A stretch of DNA of 64,000 nucleotides from Candidatus Thorarchaeota archaeon (GCA_029858305.1 JAOUFI010000006.1:9851-73850), one strand, 5' to 3'. Numbered from the stretch's first letter, positions 39,466 to 49,982 are shown. Notes: generated from the letters alone by a model not told the origin. Program-made: numbers and translations.

Positions 39466-40860
39466 ATGGAAACTGATAAGCGAGGTAGAAAGACCGTCAA
39501 GAGAGCCGCAGCTCTTTCTGTCCTTGCTGCACTTATACTTACACTATTGAAAACAGTGATCGGAGTCCTAACTAATTCTATTGGTATCATCTCGGAAGCT
39601 CTCCATAGTGGTCTGGATCTATTAGCAGCGGCAATCACATTTGCAGCTGTGAGATCAGCATCAAAGGAACCAGATATAGAGCACCAATACGGACACGGCA
39701 AAATAGAGAATTTCTCAGCACTTGTTGAAACAATTCTCCTTTGGATAACATCTGCTTGGATCATATACGAAGCACTACGAAGGATTTTGGGAGAGGAGTT
39801 CATAGAGCCTACAATCTGGGGAATAGCTGTTATGCTCACGAGCATCTTCATAGATTACGAGAGAAGTCGCATGCTCTATCGTACAGCGCATAAATATAAC
39901 AGTCAAGCACTCGAAGCAGATGCACTTCATTTCAGCACGGATATGCTCAGCTCAGTAGTTGTTCTCCTAGGTCTGACCCTCGTATCACTAGGTTTTCCTA
40001 TCGGAGACCCTCTCGGGGCTTTAGGAGTTTCGATTGTAATCCTATTTGTTTCCTATAATCTAGCGAAAAGATCCTTCAACTTCTTGGTAGACCGCGCTCC
40101 TGAAGGGGTGAAGGAAAAAGTAATCCAGACTTGCTCGAGCATTCCAGGGATTTTAAGTTGCTCAAGAGTTCGCGTTCGAACATCAGGACCAGATTTGTTT
40201 GTAGATGTTATTGTGAATGTAGATGAAACCGTAACCACGGGTGAAGCACATAGCATCACTGAATCTATCGAGTCAGCGTTGGCAGGCCTAGCACCAAGAG
40301 TGGATGTTGTTGTACATGTTGAGCCTGCCAAGATGGAGCCTGATGAATATATCAAAATGAGTCTATACGAACAACTCCAGGTTCTAGCCAGAAGAGAGCC
40401 CAAGATTCGCAGTGTTCATAATGTTCGGATTTTCACTTTTAAAAAGCAGATTGAAGTTGCTGCAGATATTGAGATGTCAGTAGATTTGACTCTAAAACAA
40501 GCTCATAGAATATCCGATCAATTCGAGAATGAGATTAAAAAATTCGATCCAAGAATTAACACAGTCCTATTGCATCTCGAAACAACTGCAATAGAAAGTG
40601 AAGCTGTCGATATCACAAACGAATCAGAAGCCTTTGTAAATCAGATTTGCAAACTTGTAGAGAAGACTATCCCGAATATCAGCTGCTCCAATGTGACTGT
40701 GAGGGAAGAAGAAACAGGAGTGTCCCTTTTAATCCAATGTAGTACCGACGGAGCAATATCTCTAACTGAGAGCCACGAAATTTCAGATGCAATTGAGAAA
40801 ACCATAATGGAATCGATTTCCAAGGTCACTCATGTCTTTGTCCATGTTGAACCGCTATGA
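39466..40860 (+). CDS. Cation diffusion facilitator (CDF) transporter with three C-terminal ZT_dimer-like domains
   Basis: EALHS..D, HQYGHGK.E, ADA.HF..D; repeated AH...E...HVEP/HLE units. Confidence 0.9.
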   Translation: METDKRGRKTVKRAAALSVLAALILTLLKTVIGVLTNSIGIISEALHSGLDLLAAAITFAAVRSASKEPDIEHQYGHGKIENFSALVETILLWITSAWIIYEALRRILGEEFIEPTIWGIAVMLTSIFIDYERSRMLYRTAHKYNSQALEADALHFSTDMLSSVVVLLGLTLVSLGFPIGDPLGALGVSIVILFVSYNLAKRSFNFLVDRAPEGVKEKVIQTCSSIPGILSCSRVRVRTSGPDLFVDVIVNVDETVTTGEAHSITESIESALAGLAPRVDVVVHVEPAKMEPDEYIKMSLYEQLQVLARREPKIRSVHNVRIFTFKKQIEVAADIEMSVDLTLKQAHRISDQFENEIKKFDPRINTVLLHLETTAIESEAVDITNESEAFVNQICKLVEKTIPNISCSNVTVREEETGVSLLIQCSTDGAISLTESHEISDAIEKTIMESISKVTHVFVHVEPL

Positions 40861-40895
40861 CCCAAGCTTAATAACAATCTTTCAACACAGTTCCT

Positions 40896-41690
40896 TTGAG
40901 GTTCTTGATGTTGGAGAATAACTGTGATGCAAAGGTATTAGGAGCACCAGAGGCGCACGTCGTTCAAACTCATGAGATGACACTCAAAACACCATTAATG
41001 GTTTGCTGCTTTCCTTCTGCAGGAGTAGTCGGTCCAATAGCAGCACATGCCATCATCGATCAGTTCAAAATGGACGAGATAGCGCATCTCAGATCTCGGT
41101 ATATGCCATCTGCTGCTGTATTCTTGGAGGGACGACTCAGACATCCGTTCAGAATCTATGGCCATGAAGAACTCAATCTCATTCTTGTCACTGCTGAACT
41201 TCCAGTCGCTGATGAAGGATTATATGCTGTCAGTTCAGCCTTGCTCGATTGGGGTGCGAGTATGGGTGTTAGAGAAATAGTGATTCTTGATGGAATACCA
41301 GTACAGGGAATGCCATCAGACCGAAAGGTACTCTTTGCAGCGGAGGAGGAAAAAATCTCCGAACTTTCAAAAGATGAACACATGGAAATTTTAGATAAGG
41401 GTATTATAACAGGGATTGCGGGTTCGATTCTCTCTGAAACACTCTGCAGATCCATGATTGGCTTTGCACTACTTACACCGGCAATAGCAGTAATTCCAGA
41501 CCCTGGAGGCGCGCTACAACTCCTTGAAGCCCTTAATAGACTCTACAATCTAAAAATCGATCTTACCGAGCTTAAGGAAGGGAGTGAAGTAATCCGACGA
41601 AAAATGGAAGAGATGGCTCAACAAGTGGATGGGATGCAGCGTCAACAACAGATTACTGGACGAAGTGGCTACGAACGAATGTATGCCTAG
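40896..41690 (+). CDS. Proteasome assembly chaperone (PAC2 family)
   Basis: FP..G.VG.IA, P.RIY, G.I.G..G..L, PDP..A; C-terminal MYA (HbYX-like). Confidence 0.88.
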   Translation: MRFLMLENNCDAKVLGAPEAHVVQTHEMTLKTPLMVCCFPSAGVVGPIAAHAIIDQFKMDEIAHLRSRYMPSAAVFLEGRLRHPFRIYGHEELNLILVTAELPVADEGLYAVSSALLDWGASMGVREIVILDGIPVQGMPSDRKVLFAAEEEKISELSKDEHMEILDKGIITGIAGSILSETLCRSMIGFALLTPAIAVIPDPGGALQLLEALNRLYNLKIDLTELKEGSEVIRRKMEEMAQQVDGMQRQQQITGRSGYERMYA

Positions 41691-41753
41691 TGTCGAAGAA
41701 AGAGGCTCAATGTGTATTAAAAGAAGGTCATGTTCTCCGCACTATTTGTCAAA

Positions 41754-42311
41754 TCAGTCAATACAAGTGTCGTACGCTTCCCTTGCGCCCTCAGCGTTAC
41801 GATCGCCAACTTTTCCTTTCCACTTCTCGCGTATTACTTGTTGAATTGTTTCCAGCTTAACCAAGCCTGTAGCCTTCGCAAAAGCGCCAAGCATGGTCGT
41901 ATTGATAACAGGTAATCCTCCTACAAGAAGCCCATTCTTCAACGCAATACCTGTACCATCATAGGTATAGATATGGCCTTTATTCACTATAATTTCAGCA
42001 GCGCGTTTAGGTGTATTGATGATTACCTTACCATCGTCCTTTAGACCCTCAGTCACATCAATCAAATCGAGAATTGTAGAGTCAAGAACTGCAACAACAT
42101 CTGGAGTGTAAACCTGACTTCGAACATTTATCTCCTCATTGGCGATCCGTGTGAACGCCTTTACAGGAGCACCACGACGCTCAGCCCCAAAATAGGGGAA
42201 TGCTTGTACTCCCTTGTATCCATCAATATATGCTGCCTTTGCGAGCAACTCAGCGGAAGTAACGCCTCCTTGTCCGCCTCTGCCATGCCAACGAACTTCA
42301 ATCATTTTCAT
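41754..42311 (-). CDS. porG: Pyruvate/2-oxoacid:ferredoxin oxidoreductase gamma subunit
   Basis: EVRWHGRGGQG, FP.FGAERRGAPV.AF.R, NT.MLGA. Confidence 0.92.
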   Translation of the reverse strand: MKMIEVRWHGRGGQGGVTSAELLAKAAYIDGYKGVQAFPYFGAERRGAPVKAFTRIANEEINVRSQVYTPDVVAVLDSTILDLIDVTEGLKDDGKVIINTPKRAAEIIVNKGHIYTYDGTGIALKNGLLVGGLPVINTTMLGAFAKATGLVKLETIQQVIREKWKGKVGDRNAEGAREAYDTCID

Positions 42312-42503
42312 CCAAAATGACTCCTAAGTTGACCTGTTGGTCAAGCCCTGCGCGGTATCGGTGAAACATAACCTTTACGTTAGTAGTACTTCCTGAATTT
42401 ATGATACGATTTTTGCAGGGATATCGGTAGTCACGGATCATACTGACTCCGTACGATATATATTTTCAAAAACGACAACAAAGCTCAGGTCGGGAAAAGA
42501 GGA

Positions 42504-43313
42504 ATGGACAGACATATCAAGGCAAATCGAGACCTATGGGACGAATGGACCCTCATGCATGAGGACTCAAAAGAATATGATGTGGAAGGATTCATCAAAG
42601 GAAAACAAACGCTTGATCCAATCGAGGTTAGTGAACTTGGCTCTGTCAAAGGAAAAAGTCTCTTACATCTTCAGTGCCATTTTGGACTAGATACAATGTC
42701 GTGGGCGAGATTGGGTGCAGACGTGACAGGTGTTGACTTTTCCGAGAAAGCAATTGATTTTGCCCGGAGATTGAGCAATAGAACTGGAATAAAAGCAGAG
42801 TTCATTCATGCAAACATCTACGATCTTCCTAACATGTTGGACAAGAGATTCGATATTGTCTTCACATCCGAAGGTGTTCTTGTATGGCTACCAGATATTG
42901 TAGAATGGGCGAAAATCATATCGAGATTTCTAAAAAGAGGAGGGAAGTTCTACATCCGAGAGGGACATCCGTTTTCAAAAATCTTTGATGATGAAATAAA
43001 GACTTGCGAATTCAAGATACGATACCCATATTTCACTCCAAAACATCCGTTCCATTTCAGAGGTGCAGAAACCTATACTGAGTCCACTCGAAAGATTGAA
43101 CCTATGGATTGGTATGAATGGAATCACAGCGTATCTGAGATAATCAATAGTCTCATCAAAGCTGGCTTGAGAATCGATTTCTTCAACGAATATACTTACA
43201 TCTCAAGTAAGGTATTTCCGTTCTTGATTCGGAGAGAGGATGGTAACTGGACACTTCCCAGAGATATGGGAGAGATGCCATTACAATTTACATTACTCGC
43301 AACAAAGGTCTAG
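42504..43313 (+). CDS. Class I SAM-dependent methyltransferase
   Basis: LLHLQCHFG.DT, GVDFS, FDIVF.S.G.L.W.PD. Confidence 0.9.
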   Translation: MDRHIKANRDLWDEWTLMHEDSKEYDVEGFIKGKQTLDPIEVSELGSVKGKSLLHLQCHFGLDTMSWARLGADVTGVDFSEKAIDFARRLSNRTGIKAEFIHANIYDLPNMLDKRFDIVFTSEGVLVWLPDIVEWAKIISRFLKRGGKFYIREGHPFSKIFDDEIKTCEFKIRYPYFTPKHPFHFRGAETYTESTRKIEPMDWYEWNHSVSEIINSLIKAGLRIDFFNEYTYISSKVFPFLIRREDGNWTLPRDMGEMPLQFTLLATKV

Positions 43314-44683
43314 ATTACAGCATCTTCCATCAGAGCATGAACTGCACCATCTGCGGATTGAGCAGCCTGTTGAAGGCCAACTCCGGAACCTGATGTGTCA
43401 GTCCCCACAATGTATAATCCTTTGATAGGAGTTCGGGGTCCAGGTCTGTCAAGATCCGTCTGACCTGGGATTAGTTTTGCTCTTGTAGCATATGACACCT
43501 GAGCATGCTCCATCTCAATATGGTCCAAGATTCTAGGATAATATTTCGCCAGACCATTTCCTTTCATCATTGAAATATGTTCATCTACTGATTTCCCAGG
43601 TTCAGCAATCATGGCGATAGCAACTAATTCTTTGCCTTTAGGAGCACAGCTTGGGTCGAAGCTTGAGATGGAAACAATCCACCGATTTGGATTGGGGTGA
43701 ACAAGAACCCTATTTTTCCGATCTCCAATTACCGTCTTATTGAGACCTAACCAGAGTGTAACTCCCCTTGTGGGTTCAATAGTACTCCATCTTTCAAAGA
43801 ACTCTTGTGTAGTGCCTAATGTTGATTGAACAATCTTATCCATAGACCAGAGAGGAATATTGCTTACAATGGTGGAGTGTTCAATATGTGTTCCAGCTAC
43901 TGTTAGACCAATAATGCCACCATCTTGCTCATGAATCTGCTCTACAGGAGCATTAAGCACATAGTCGCCATCAATCGTCTCAATAACTCGTTTGATAAGA
44001 CCCTCCATCCCGCCAATGACATATCCCTCATCATACTCACTCGAACCAAAAATCAATCTCTTCGCAGAGGCTAATTTTGATGATTCCCTATCGGTATCCT
44101 TCAAAGTCCTTAATGCTTCATATGCCGATGCTTCTGAAATAGGTACACCTGCAGCCATATAGATGGCACTCTGCATGACATCGAGCATGACCTGGTTTGT
44201 CGCCCCTCTAGACTCCATGAACTCTAGAAAAGAGATGTCCTTGTACTTCTTCATCTCATCGAGTTTCATTGTCTTAATCTTTGCACCAATTCTGACAAGT
44301 CCTAATCGACCTCTCCAACCAGTAAGCGGCCAACGTAGAGTTTCTCCAATGCTAGAAGGAATTGGTCCAGTCTTATCATAGACACGGAACTCCCATCCAT
44401 CATGGATAACAAACTCAGGAGGAGGAGAGAGGTAGTTCTTTAGGAACCTCACGAAGGCCCCTCGTGTGACTCGCGTTATCACATGAAGACCTTGATCAAC
44501 CCGAAATCCATCGACCCAATAGCCATGCCAAACACCGCCCAGACGATTTTCTTTCTCGATAACTAGGACTTTCTTGCCATTAGCAGTCAATGCAAGTGCT
44601 GTGAGAAGACCGCCAGCTCCTCCGCCAGTGATAATGACATCATAATGAGATGGATCCACTTGGTCGAGGGTTATCTGTTTCAT
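43310..44683 (-). CDS. FAD-dependent oxidoreductase, phytoene desaturase family
   Basis: DVIITGGGAGGL...EKE.RLGG, D.G.H, GG, D.S.AP.G, TPIKGLY.VG; start at MKQI. Confidence 0.85.
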   Translation of the reverse strand: MKQITLDQVDPSHYDVIITGGGAGGLLTALALTANGKKVLVIEKENRLGGVWHGYWVDGFRVDQGLHVITRVTRGAFVRFLKNYLSPPPEFVIHDGWEFRVYDKTGPIPSSIGETLRWPLTGWRGRLGLVRIGAKIKTMKLDEMKKYKDISFLEFMESRGATNQVMLDVMQSAIYMAAGVPISEASAYEALRTLKDTDRESSKLASAKRLIFGSSEYDEGYVIGGMEGLIKRVIETIDGDYVLNAPVEQIHEQDGGIIGLTVAGTHIEHSTIVSNIPLWSMDKIVQSTLGTTQEFFERWSTIEPTRGVTLWLGLNKTVIGDRKNRVLVHPNPNRWIVSISSFDPSCAPKGKELVAIAMIAEPGKSVDEHISMMKGNGLAKYYPRILDHIEMEHAQVSYATRAKLIPGQTDLDRPGPRTPIKGLYIVGTDTSGSGVGLQQAAQSADGAVHALMEDAVI

Positions 44684-44858
44684 CGATTGACTCTCGTAAG
44701 AAAAGTTACTTGGTCTACTTAAGCATGTCCACATTACGGAACTATTGATGAGTGTTAATCTCAAGATCGATAGTTTTACGACTGGATGATACGTTCTAGG
44801 ACGCTCATTAGGACAACTGTTATGAGGAAACAGGGATTCAGCATATTCAAAGAAATGA

Positions 44859-46694
44859 TTGGTGTTAGATAAAGGAGAAACAGCAACCTTGACCTCTGAA
44901 GATGAACTCCTCAAAGAAGCAAGAAAGATACTCGAAGAGGGCAATAAGGAAGAGGGAGTGAAAAAACTTCTGAAAGTTGCTGAGAAATTAGAAGGAAAAA
45001 CAGAGTACGACCAAGCTGCAAAGCTCTACGAGGAGGCTGCTCTGATATACAGAGATTTGTATCATGCAGATGAATGCTTCAAAATGTTCGATAAAGCCAC
45101 TATTATGATGATTAGAATGCCCCAAAGCCCAGAGGTCTATAAAGAGATAGTACGACTAAACATGACTGCAGCCAAGATTGCAGAGGTGGCAACTGAGCAC
45201 AAGAAAGCTGCGGATTTCTATTTTAGGGCAAAAGATTTCGCAATGACTGATGAAGAGAAAAACAACCTCAATATACGCGCAGCTGATGCCTTAGAGAATA
45301 TTGCAGATATAATGGAGGAGAAGGAGAACTTCTCTGAAACGGTAAGCCTCTTGCGGAAGGTAGGCAGGCTCTATTATACCGCGGGTGATGATGAGCTCGG
45401 AGCAAGAATTAACGATAGAGCAGTTAGAGTAGCTCAAAGATGGGCAAATATCTCTAAGAGCAAGGGTGATTATGTATCAGCTGGGAATGCACTCGCAGAA
45501 GCAGCGCAAATCATGCAAACAATCGGTGAATCTCCCGAAGCTACACGCACCATGATGGAGGCAGGAGACTTCTACGAAGCAGCCCAGCTCTTTGAAAAAG
45601 CTGGAAACATCTATGATGCTGCGCAAGAAGCCTATAAACTTCAGCGGCTTACCTCTGCAAGAAATCAAGCACTAGCAAAAGCTGCGGAAGCCTATCTAAA
45701 GATGGAAGGAAAGCCAGAGGCTGTAGCACCGCTCCTAGTTAAGGGAGGCAATATGTTCAACGAGATAGGGCGTGTTATGAAAGCCAAATGGGCATTCAAA
45801 CGAGCGAGTGAGATGTTTGATGAATTAGCGAAGAAGGCATCAAACGAGAGAGACACTGAGTCAGAGAAAAAGTACCTTAGATATCAAGCAATGTGTTTGA
45901 AAATGTGGGGATATGAAGACCAAGCTAAGGAAATCTATACAAATGTGACCGAATTTTATCTCGGACAAGCTCAGGATCAGAGTAAGGCAGGTGACAAGGA
46001 GCTTCAAGCTGTCGCACTAGAGGAGGCTGCAGAAGTATTTCTAGAGTCAGGACAGACTGACGAGAGCAACATGTACATCGAGCAAGCAATTAACCTATAC
46101 GTAGAACTTGCAGAGGAAAAATCGTCTCCTGAGGATTCTGAGGCTGCATCAAAGCTCTACAGCAAAGCTGCAGATTGCGCAATACGACTCAGCGACAGTG
46201 AGAGAAATGAAACTTATCATGGGATGGCTAGTGAGAAAGCAGAACAAGCTGCTGAATTCTACAACCAGCTTGGAGTGCCAGAATTATCTACAATCTGGAT
46301 TCGGACTGCAGGAACAGAAGCGCTCCAAACTAATTCCAAAGAAATGCTTGAGAAAGCAATCAATCTACTTGAAAAATCCGCAGAGGGATTCAAAGCAGCT
46401 AATGCACTAAAAGAATCATTCGAAGACCTATTTCTGGTGTTTGAAACACGATTCATGCATTATCCTGAAAAACGACGACCAATTAAACAAACAATATCCT
46501 CAATGGATGAGATTGCTAAAATATTGCTAGATGATATCATTAATGCATTGATGTCTCTGATTCGTGCATTAAATGAAGGGAATCATATTGGCGCTCTTCT
46601 CATTCTGCAGGAAAATGAAGAAGATCTATTAGAAAAGGCAGATAGAATCCGGAAGATGATAGCTCAATCTAAAGTCGTGCGTGCCGCGAAATAG
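44859..46694 (+). CDS. Long alpha-SNAP/TPR-like repeat protein
   Basis: Many A..Y/F..AA..Y helical repeats across 611 aa. Confidence 0.7.
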   Translation: MVLDKGETATLTSEDELLKEARKILEEGNKEEGVKKLLKVAEKLEGKTEYDQAAKLYEEAALIYRDLYHADECFKMFDKATIMMIRMPQSPEVYKEIVRLNMTAAKIAEVATEHKKAADFYFRAKDFAMTDEEKNNLNIRAADALENIADIMEEKENFSETVSLLRKVGRLYYTAGDDELGARINDRAVRVAQRWANISKSKGDYVSAGNALAEAAQIMQTIGESPEATRTMMEAGDFYEAAQLFEKAGNIYDAAQEAYKLQRLTSARNQALAKAAEAYLKMEGKPEAVAPLLVKGGNMFNEIGRVMKAKWAFKRASEMFDELAKKASNERDTESEKKYLRYQAMCLKMWGYEDQAKEIYTNVTEFYLGQAQDQSKAGDKELQAVALEEAAEVFLESGQTDESNMYIEQAINLYVELAEEKSSPEDSEAASKLYSKAADCAIRLSDSERNETYHGMASEKAEQAAEFYNQLGVPELSTIWIRTAGTEALQTNSKEMLEKAINLLEKSAEGFKAANALKESFEDLFLVFETRFMHYPEKRRPIKQTISSMDEIAKILLDDIINALMSLIRALNEGNHIGALLILQENEEDLLEKADRIRKMIAQSKVVRAAK

Positions 46695-46749
46695 AATTTC
46701 TCAAATCAGGAAGATAGAAGAGAGTCAATCTAGATTCTTAGAAGTGTAG

Positions 46750-47178
46750 GTGGATATTTTGAGTACATATCATGAGAGCCTAAGATTTTATACTAAAGGT
46801 GACTGTGACATGGTGGACATTACCTCAAGAGTAGAAGCAGTCCTTCAAAAAAGTGCCCTCACTACTGGAGTGTGCACGATTTTCTGCACAGGTTCTACAG
46901 GTTCGGTCACAACCATAGAATATGAAGATGGTCTACTCAAGGACTTTCCTGAAGCAATGGAGAGAATTGCTCCGAAAGGGGCAGAATACAAACATGATCT
47001 TAGATGGAGAGACGGTAATGGTCATTCTCATGTGAGAGCATCGATTGTAGGGCCTAGTCTTACAATTCCATTTGTGAATAGACAACTAGCAATCGGCACT
47101 TGGCAACAAGTAGTTTTCATCGATTATGATAATAGACCTCGCGACAGAAGTCTGGAGATTGTGATAATCGGAGAGTGA
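46750..47178 (+). CDS. YjbQ (UPF0047) family protein
   Basis: DIT..V, T...T..E, NGHSH, GTWQ, D..PR.R. Confidence 0.92.
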   Translation: MDILSTYHESLRFYTKGDCDMVDITSRVEAVLQKSALTTGVCTIFCTGSTGSVTTIEYEDGLLKDFPEAMERIAPKGAEYKHDLRWRDGNGHSHVRASIVGPSLTIPFVNRQLAIGTWQQVVFIDYDNRPRDRSLEIVIIGE

Positions 47179-47481
47179 CTAAGGAATCTCAACATCAGGC
47201 ATTAAATCCCACGATAACTCACGCAAACTGTGGCTAACTGGTGTCGAGTCACGTATCTTAAGTGCAAGGTAATGAATCCTCATGGCTCTTCGTAAACGAT
47301 GAAGCTGAAAGGGTGCATTCCAAGTTGCTGAAGGAGTTCTGTATCCATGTGTATCCATGAGGTCTCGGATTGTATCCAATTCCTTCTTGACTTGGAGCTT
47401 GATGTCATCGAGGTCTCGTTGAATAGTTAGTGAAGGTCTATCAGTCATAGTTGACATCTCTCCACTCTTTTCACAGGGCAA
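47179..47481 (-). CDS. Hypothetical protein
   Basis: ~90-100-aa ORF filling the intergenic gap; start uncertain. Confidence 0.45.
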   Translation of the reverse strand: MPCEKSGEMSTMTDRPSLTIQRDLDDIKLQVKKELDTIRDLMDTHGYRTPSATWNAPFQLHRLRRAMRIHYLALKIRDSTPVSHSLRELSWDLMPDVEIP

Positions 47482-47526
47482 GTACCCATTTTATATGATG
47501 TAAGACTTAGGTATTACCTACTTTCA

Positions 47527-48048
47527 CTACTTTCGGGCCTTTCGGGAAACCTTTCGAAGCATTTGAGTGCCACAAATAGGACACTCGAGCCCTTCTGTAG
47601 ACACTTGAGACTTGTGGTTACAAGCAGGGCAAATTAGAATCCAACGAATGTCATCCTTAAACTTGTGACTGGGGTCGAGAATATCTATCCTCAGATGTCG
47701 GGCAGTATTGAGAATAGCCATGTCCGTAGAAACCAATGTTGCACTTATCCCCGTCATTTTCTTTGCATGTGCTAGAGCAATCAATTCAATATCAGTTTCC
47801 GAAAGAACTGGTTTATCGCCAGTTTCAGCTGCGGCTTTCACGACAGCTCTGATCGAAGCAATCGGAGGTGTTTCTTTTTGGAGCTTGTCAAGGAGCTCAA
47901 GTATATCAACACGAAACTTCGTTGGTCTATTACGTATCTCATCCACGACACCGGAGGTCGTTGTAAATACTCCGTTTGGTGCTTGCCTGGTCCAATCAGA
48001 AAATAACACACCTGAGTCTATCACATAGATATGTGACATTTCATTCAC
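47527..48048 (-). CDS. nob1: NOB1-family PIN endonuclease with zinc ribbon
   Basis: VIDS, V.DEI, TGD..LS.TD..LIALA, TD..I.N.A; CPAC...CPICG. Confidence 0.88.
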   Translation of the reverse strand: MNEMSHIYVIDSGVLFSDWTRQAPNGVFTTTSGVVDEIRNRPTKFRVDILELLDKLQKETPPIASIRAVVKAAAETGDKPVLSETDIELIALAHAKKMTGISATLVSTDMAILNTARHLRIDILDPSHKFKDDIRWILICPACNHKSQVSTEGLECPICGTQMLRKVSRKARK

Positions 48049-48918
48049 CTACAAGGTTCTTGGAACAAGTCGTGTATTAAGACGGTCGTAATAGTTATCG
48101 TAGAGTCGGATGAAGCGAGAGACCTTCTCAGACTTTTTCAACCATACTTTATCGTGAGGTTCAACATCCCATCGAGTTTGACCATCGATAACAGCAAGAC
48201 CTGGGGCTCCTGCTTTCACTAATTCGAGTTCGAAGATTGAATGATTGGGAATTACGATTGATTTCAACTCAAACCTTGGAGGGCAGACTGGAACAAAAAT
48301 AAGACCATTCACATTAGGAGCTAAAATGGAACCTCCAGCGGCTAGTGCATAAGCTGTAGATCCACAGGGTGTTGCGAGCATGGCGCCATCTGCACGACCA
48401 TAGTCTACGCGAACCCCATCAAGAAATACTTGGAATGTCAGAAGTCGGCCAGGAATCTTTGAAACGATGTATACCTCATTAAGAGCATCAGGAAAGACCC
48501 TCTCATCAACGCCAGAGCTGATGTTCACATTGGTTTCGATGATACAGTCGTTTGCAAGTATTCTCTCAAGAGCACTGAAAGCAGTGGTTGTTCCACTCTC
48601 AGTAAGAAACCCAACTGTCCCACGATTGACACAAAACAATGGAGTTTCACTATTCTTTAATTTTGACAAAGTGTAGAGAATTGTACCATCTCCGCCAATG
48701 GTAATGACAAAATCGACATCCATTTCCTCAATGAGCGTAGGTTTTACCATTGTATTAGAGAGATCAGAAGAGCCTGGGTCTACTTGAATCTCGATGTTTT
48801 TAGACACAAGAAGCTCAGCTATACGCTCAGCAATACGGACTATCTCCGTACGACCAGGTTTGCATACCAATCCCACGGCTCGTTTTTCAGTAAGTATCTG
48901 AGGATTCTCTACAATCAC
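48049..48918 (-). CDS. nadK: NAD(+) kinase
   Basis: GGDGT, N.G.VGFL, ALNE, ADG..ATP.GSTAY..AAGG. Confidence 0.93.
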   Translation of the reverse strand: MIVENPQILTEKRAVGLVCKPGRTEIVRIAERIAELLVSKNIEIQVDPGSSDLSNTMVKPTLIEEMDVDFVITIGGDGTILYTLSKLKNSETPLFCVNRGTVGFLTESGTTTAFSALERILANDCIIETNVNISSGVDERVFPDALNEVYIVSKIPGRLLTFQVFLDGVRVDYGRADGAMLATPCGSTAYALAAGGSILAPNVNGLIFVPVCPPRFELKSIVIPNHSIFELELVKAGAPGLAVIDGQTRWDVEPHDKVWLKKSEKVSRFIRLYDNYYDRLNTRLVPRTL

Positions 48919-49064
48919 GAAAGGTCACATCCACGATTGACTCGAGCGGTCGCCATTTTACTCTTGCTACCGCTTACTCATCACATGAGAACACGCCCCC
49001 AAATATATATAGACGAATCGAAAGATGTGTAGCATGGTCTGCGTGACACAGTTGGTGAATAAAA

Positions 49065-49466
49065 GTGAGTATTAAGAAAGCTGAAGCAAAAAGCTTGAAG
49101 CCCGGAGCGTACATGCTGATTGATGACGAGCCATGTAGAGTTGTATCTATGGATAAATCTAAGCCTGGAAAACATGGTGCTGCAAAGGCGAACATTATTG
49201 CAGTTGGTTTCTTTGATAACAGAAAACGTAATGTCATCATGCCTGCAGACCGTATGGTAGATGTTCCAGTAATCGATAAAAGAGCTGCCACAGTGATTGC
49301 GGACACTGGAGAAAACTTCAGTCTAATGGACAGTGAAACATTCGAGACCTACGACATACCCAAACCCACAGATCCAGAAATTCTTTCACAAATCGAACTC
49401 AATACTGCTGTGGAAGTATGGGACTTGATGGGGAGACGTGTTATTACACGAGTCAAGACTGGGTAA
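49065..49466 (+). CDS. eif5a: Translation factor aIF-5A
   Basis: SKPGKHGAAK hypusination motif. Confidence 0.96.
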   Translation: MSIKKAEAKSLKPGAYMLIDDEPCRVVSMDKSKPGKHGAAKANIIAVGFFDNRKRNVIMPADRMVDVPVIDKRAATVIADTGENFSLMDSETFETYDIPKPTDPEILSQIELNTAVEVWDLMGRRVITRVKTG

Positions 49467-49500
49467 ACCAGAAGTGGCTCAAATGAATTGACACGTTGAG

Positions 49501-49953
49501 ATGGTCCAAATGGGGTCGACGGATAGAACTGACGAAAAAGACAAACAGATTATTGAGATTCTATCTAAGAACGCACGAATTTCACTGAGAGATATCAAGA
49601 AGCAGGTGAACCTTAGTCCTAGCTCTATTCGTAACAGAATGGAACGTCTCGTAGATATGGGCGTAATCAAAAGGTACACAGTTGAAATTGACTATACGAA
49701 AATGGGGCTTGATATTCAAGTCCTCGTTCTGATTACAACGAAACCGGGAACATCAAAGAATATCTATAGCAGACTATCGAACTATATGCAGGTAACCGGA
49801 GTTATGAGGACAGCAGGTCCTGCAAATTTCATCCTTACGGTCCGTGTTAGGGACATTGCGGAGCTTACTCGTTTCATCACAGGAGAATTAGAGGGTCTTG
49901 ATGGAGTGGAGCGAATTGAGACTATGTTTATTCTTCCTGATGAGAAGGAATGA
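49501..49953 (+). CDS. Lrp/AsnC family regulator
   Basis: D.KD..I...L..NAR...I...LS....RNR..RL...GVIK.Y plus RAM domain. Confidence 0.92.
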   Translation: MVQMGSTDRTDEKDKQIIEILSKNARISLRDIKKQVNLSPSSIRNRMERLVDMGVIKRYTVEIDYTKMGLDIQVLVLITTKPGTSKNIYSRLSNYMQVTGVMRTAGPANFILTVRVRDIAELTRFITGELEGLDGVERIETMFILPDEKE

Positions 49954-49982
49954 TATTACCTCTTCACTGATACTTACAAATT

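Noticed and set aside
31798-43313. 4-bp overlaps of convergent stop codons (31798, 38157, 43310)
   Set aside because: Ordinary feature of compact archaeal genomes
44684-44944. N-terminal extension of the FAD oxidoreductase ORF
   Set aside because: Overlaps the divergent TPR gene and promoter; the Rossmann motif begins just after MKQI
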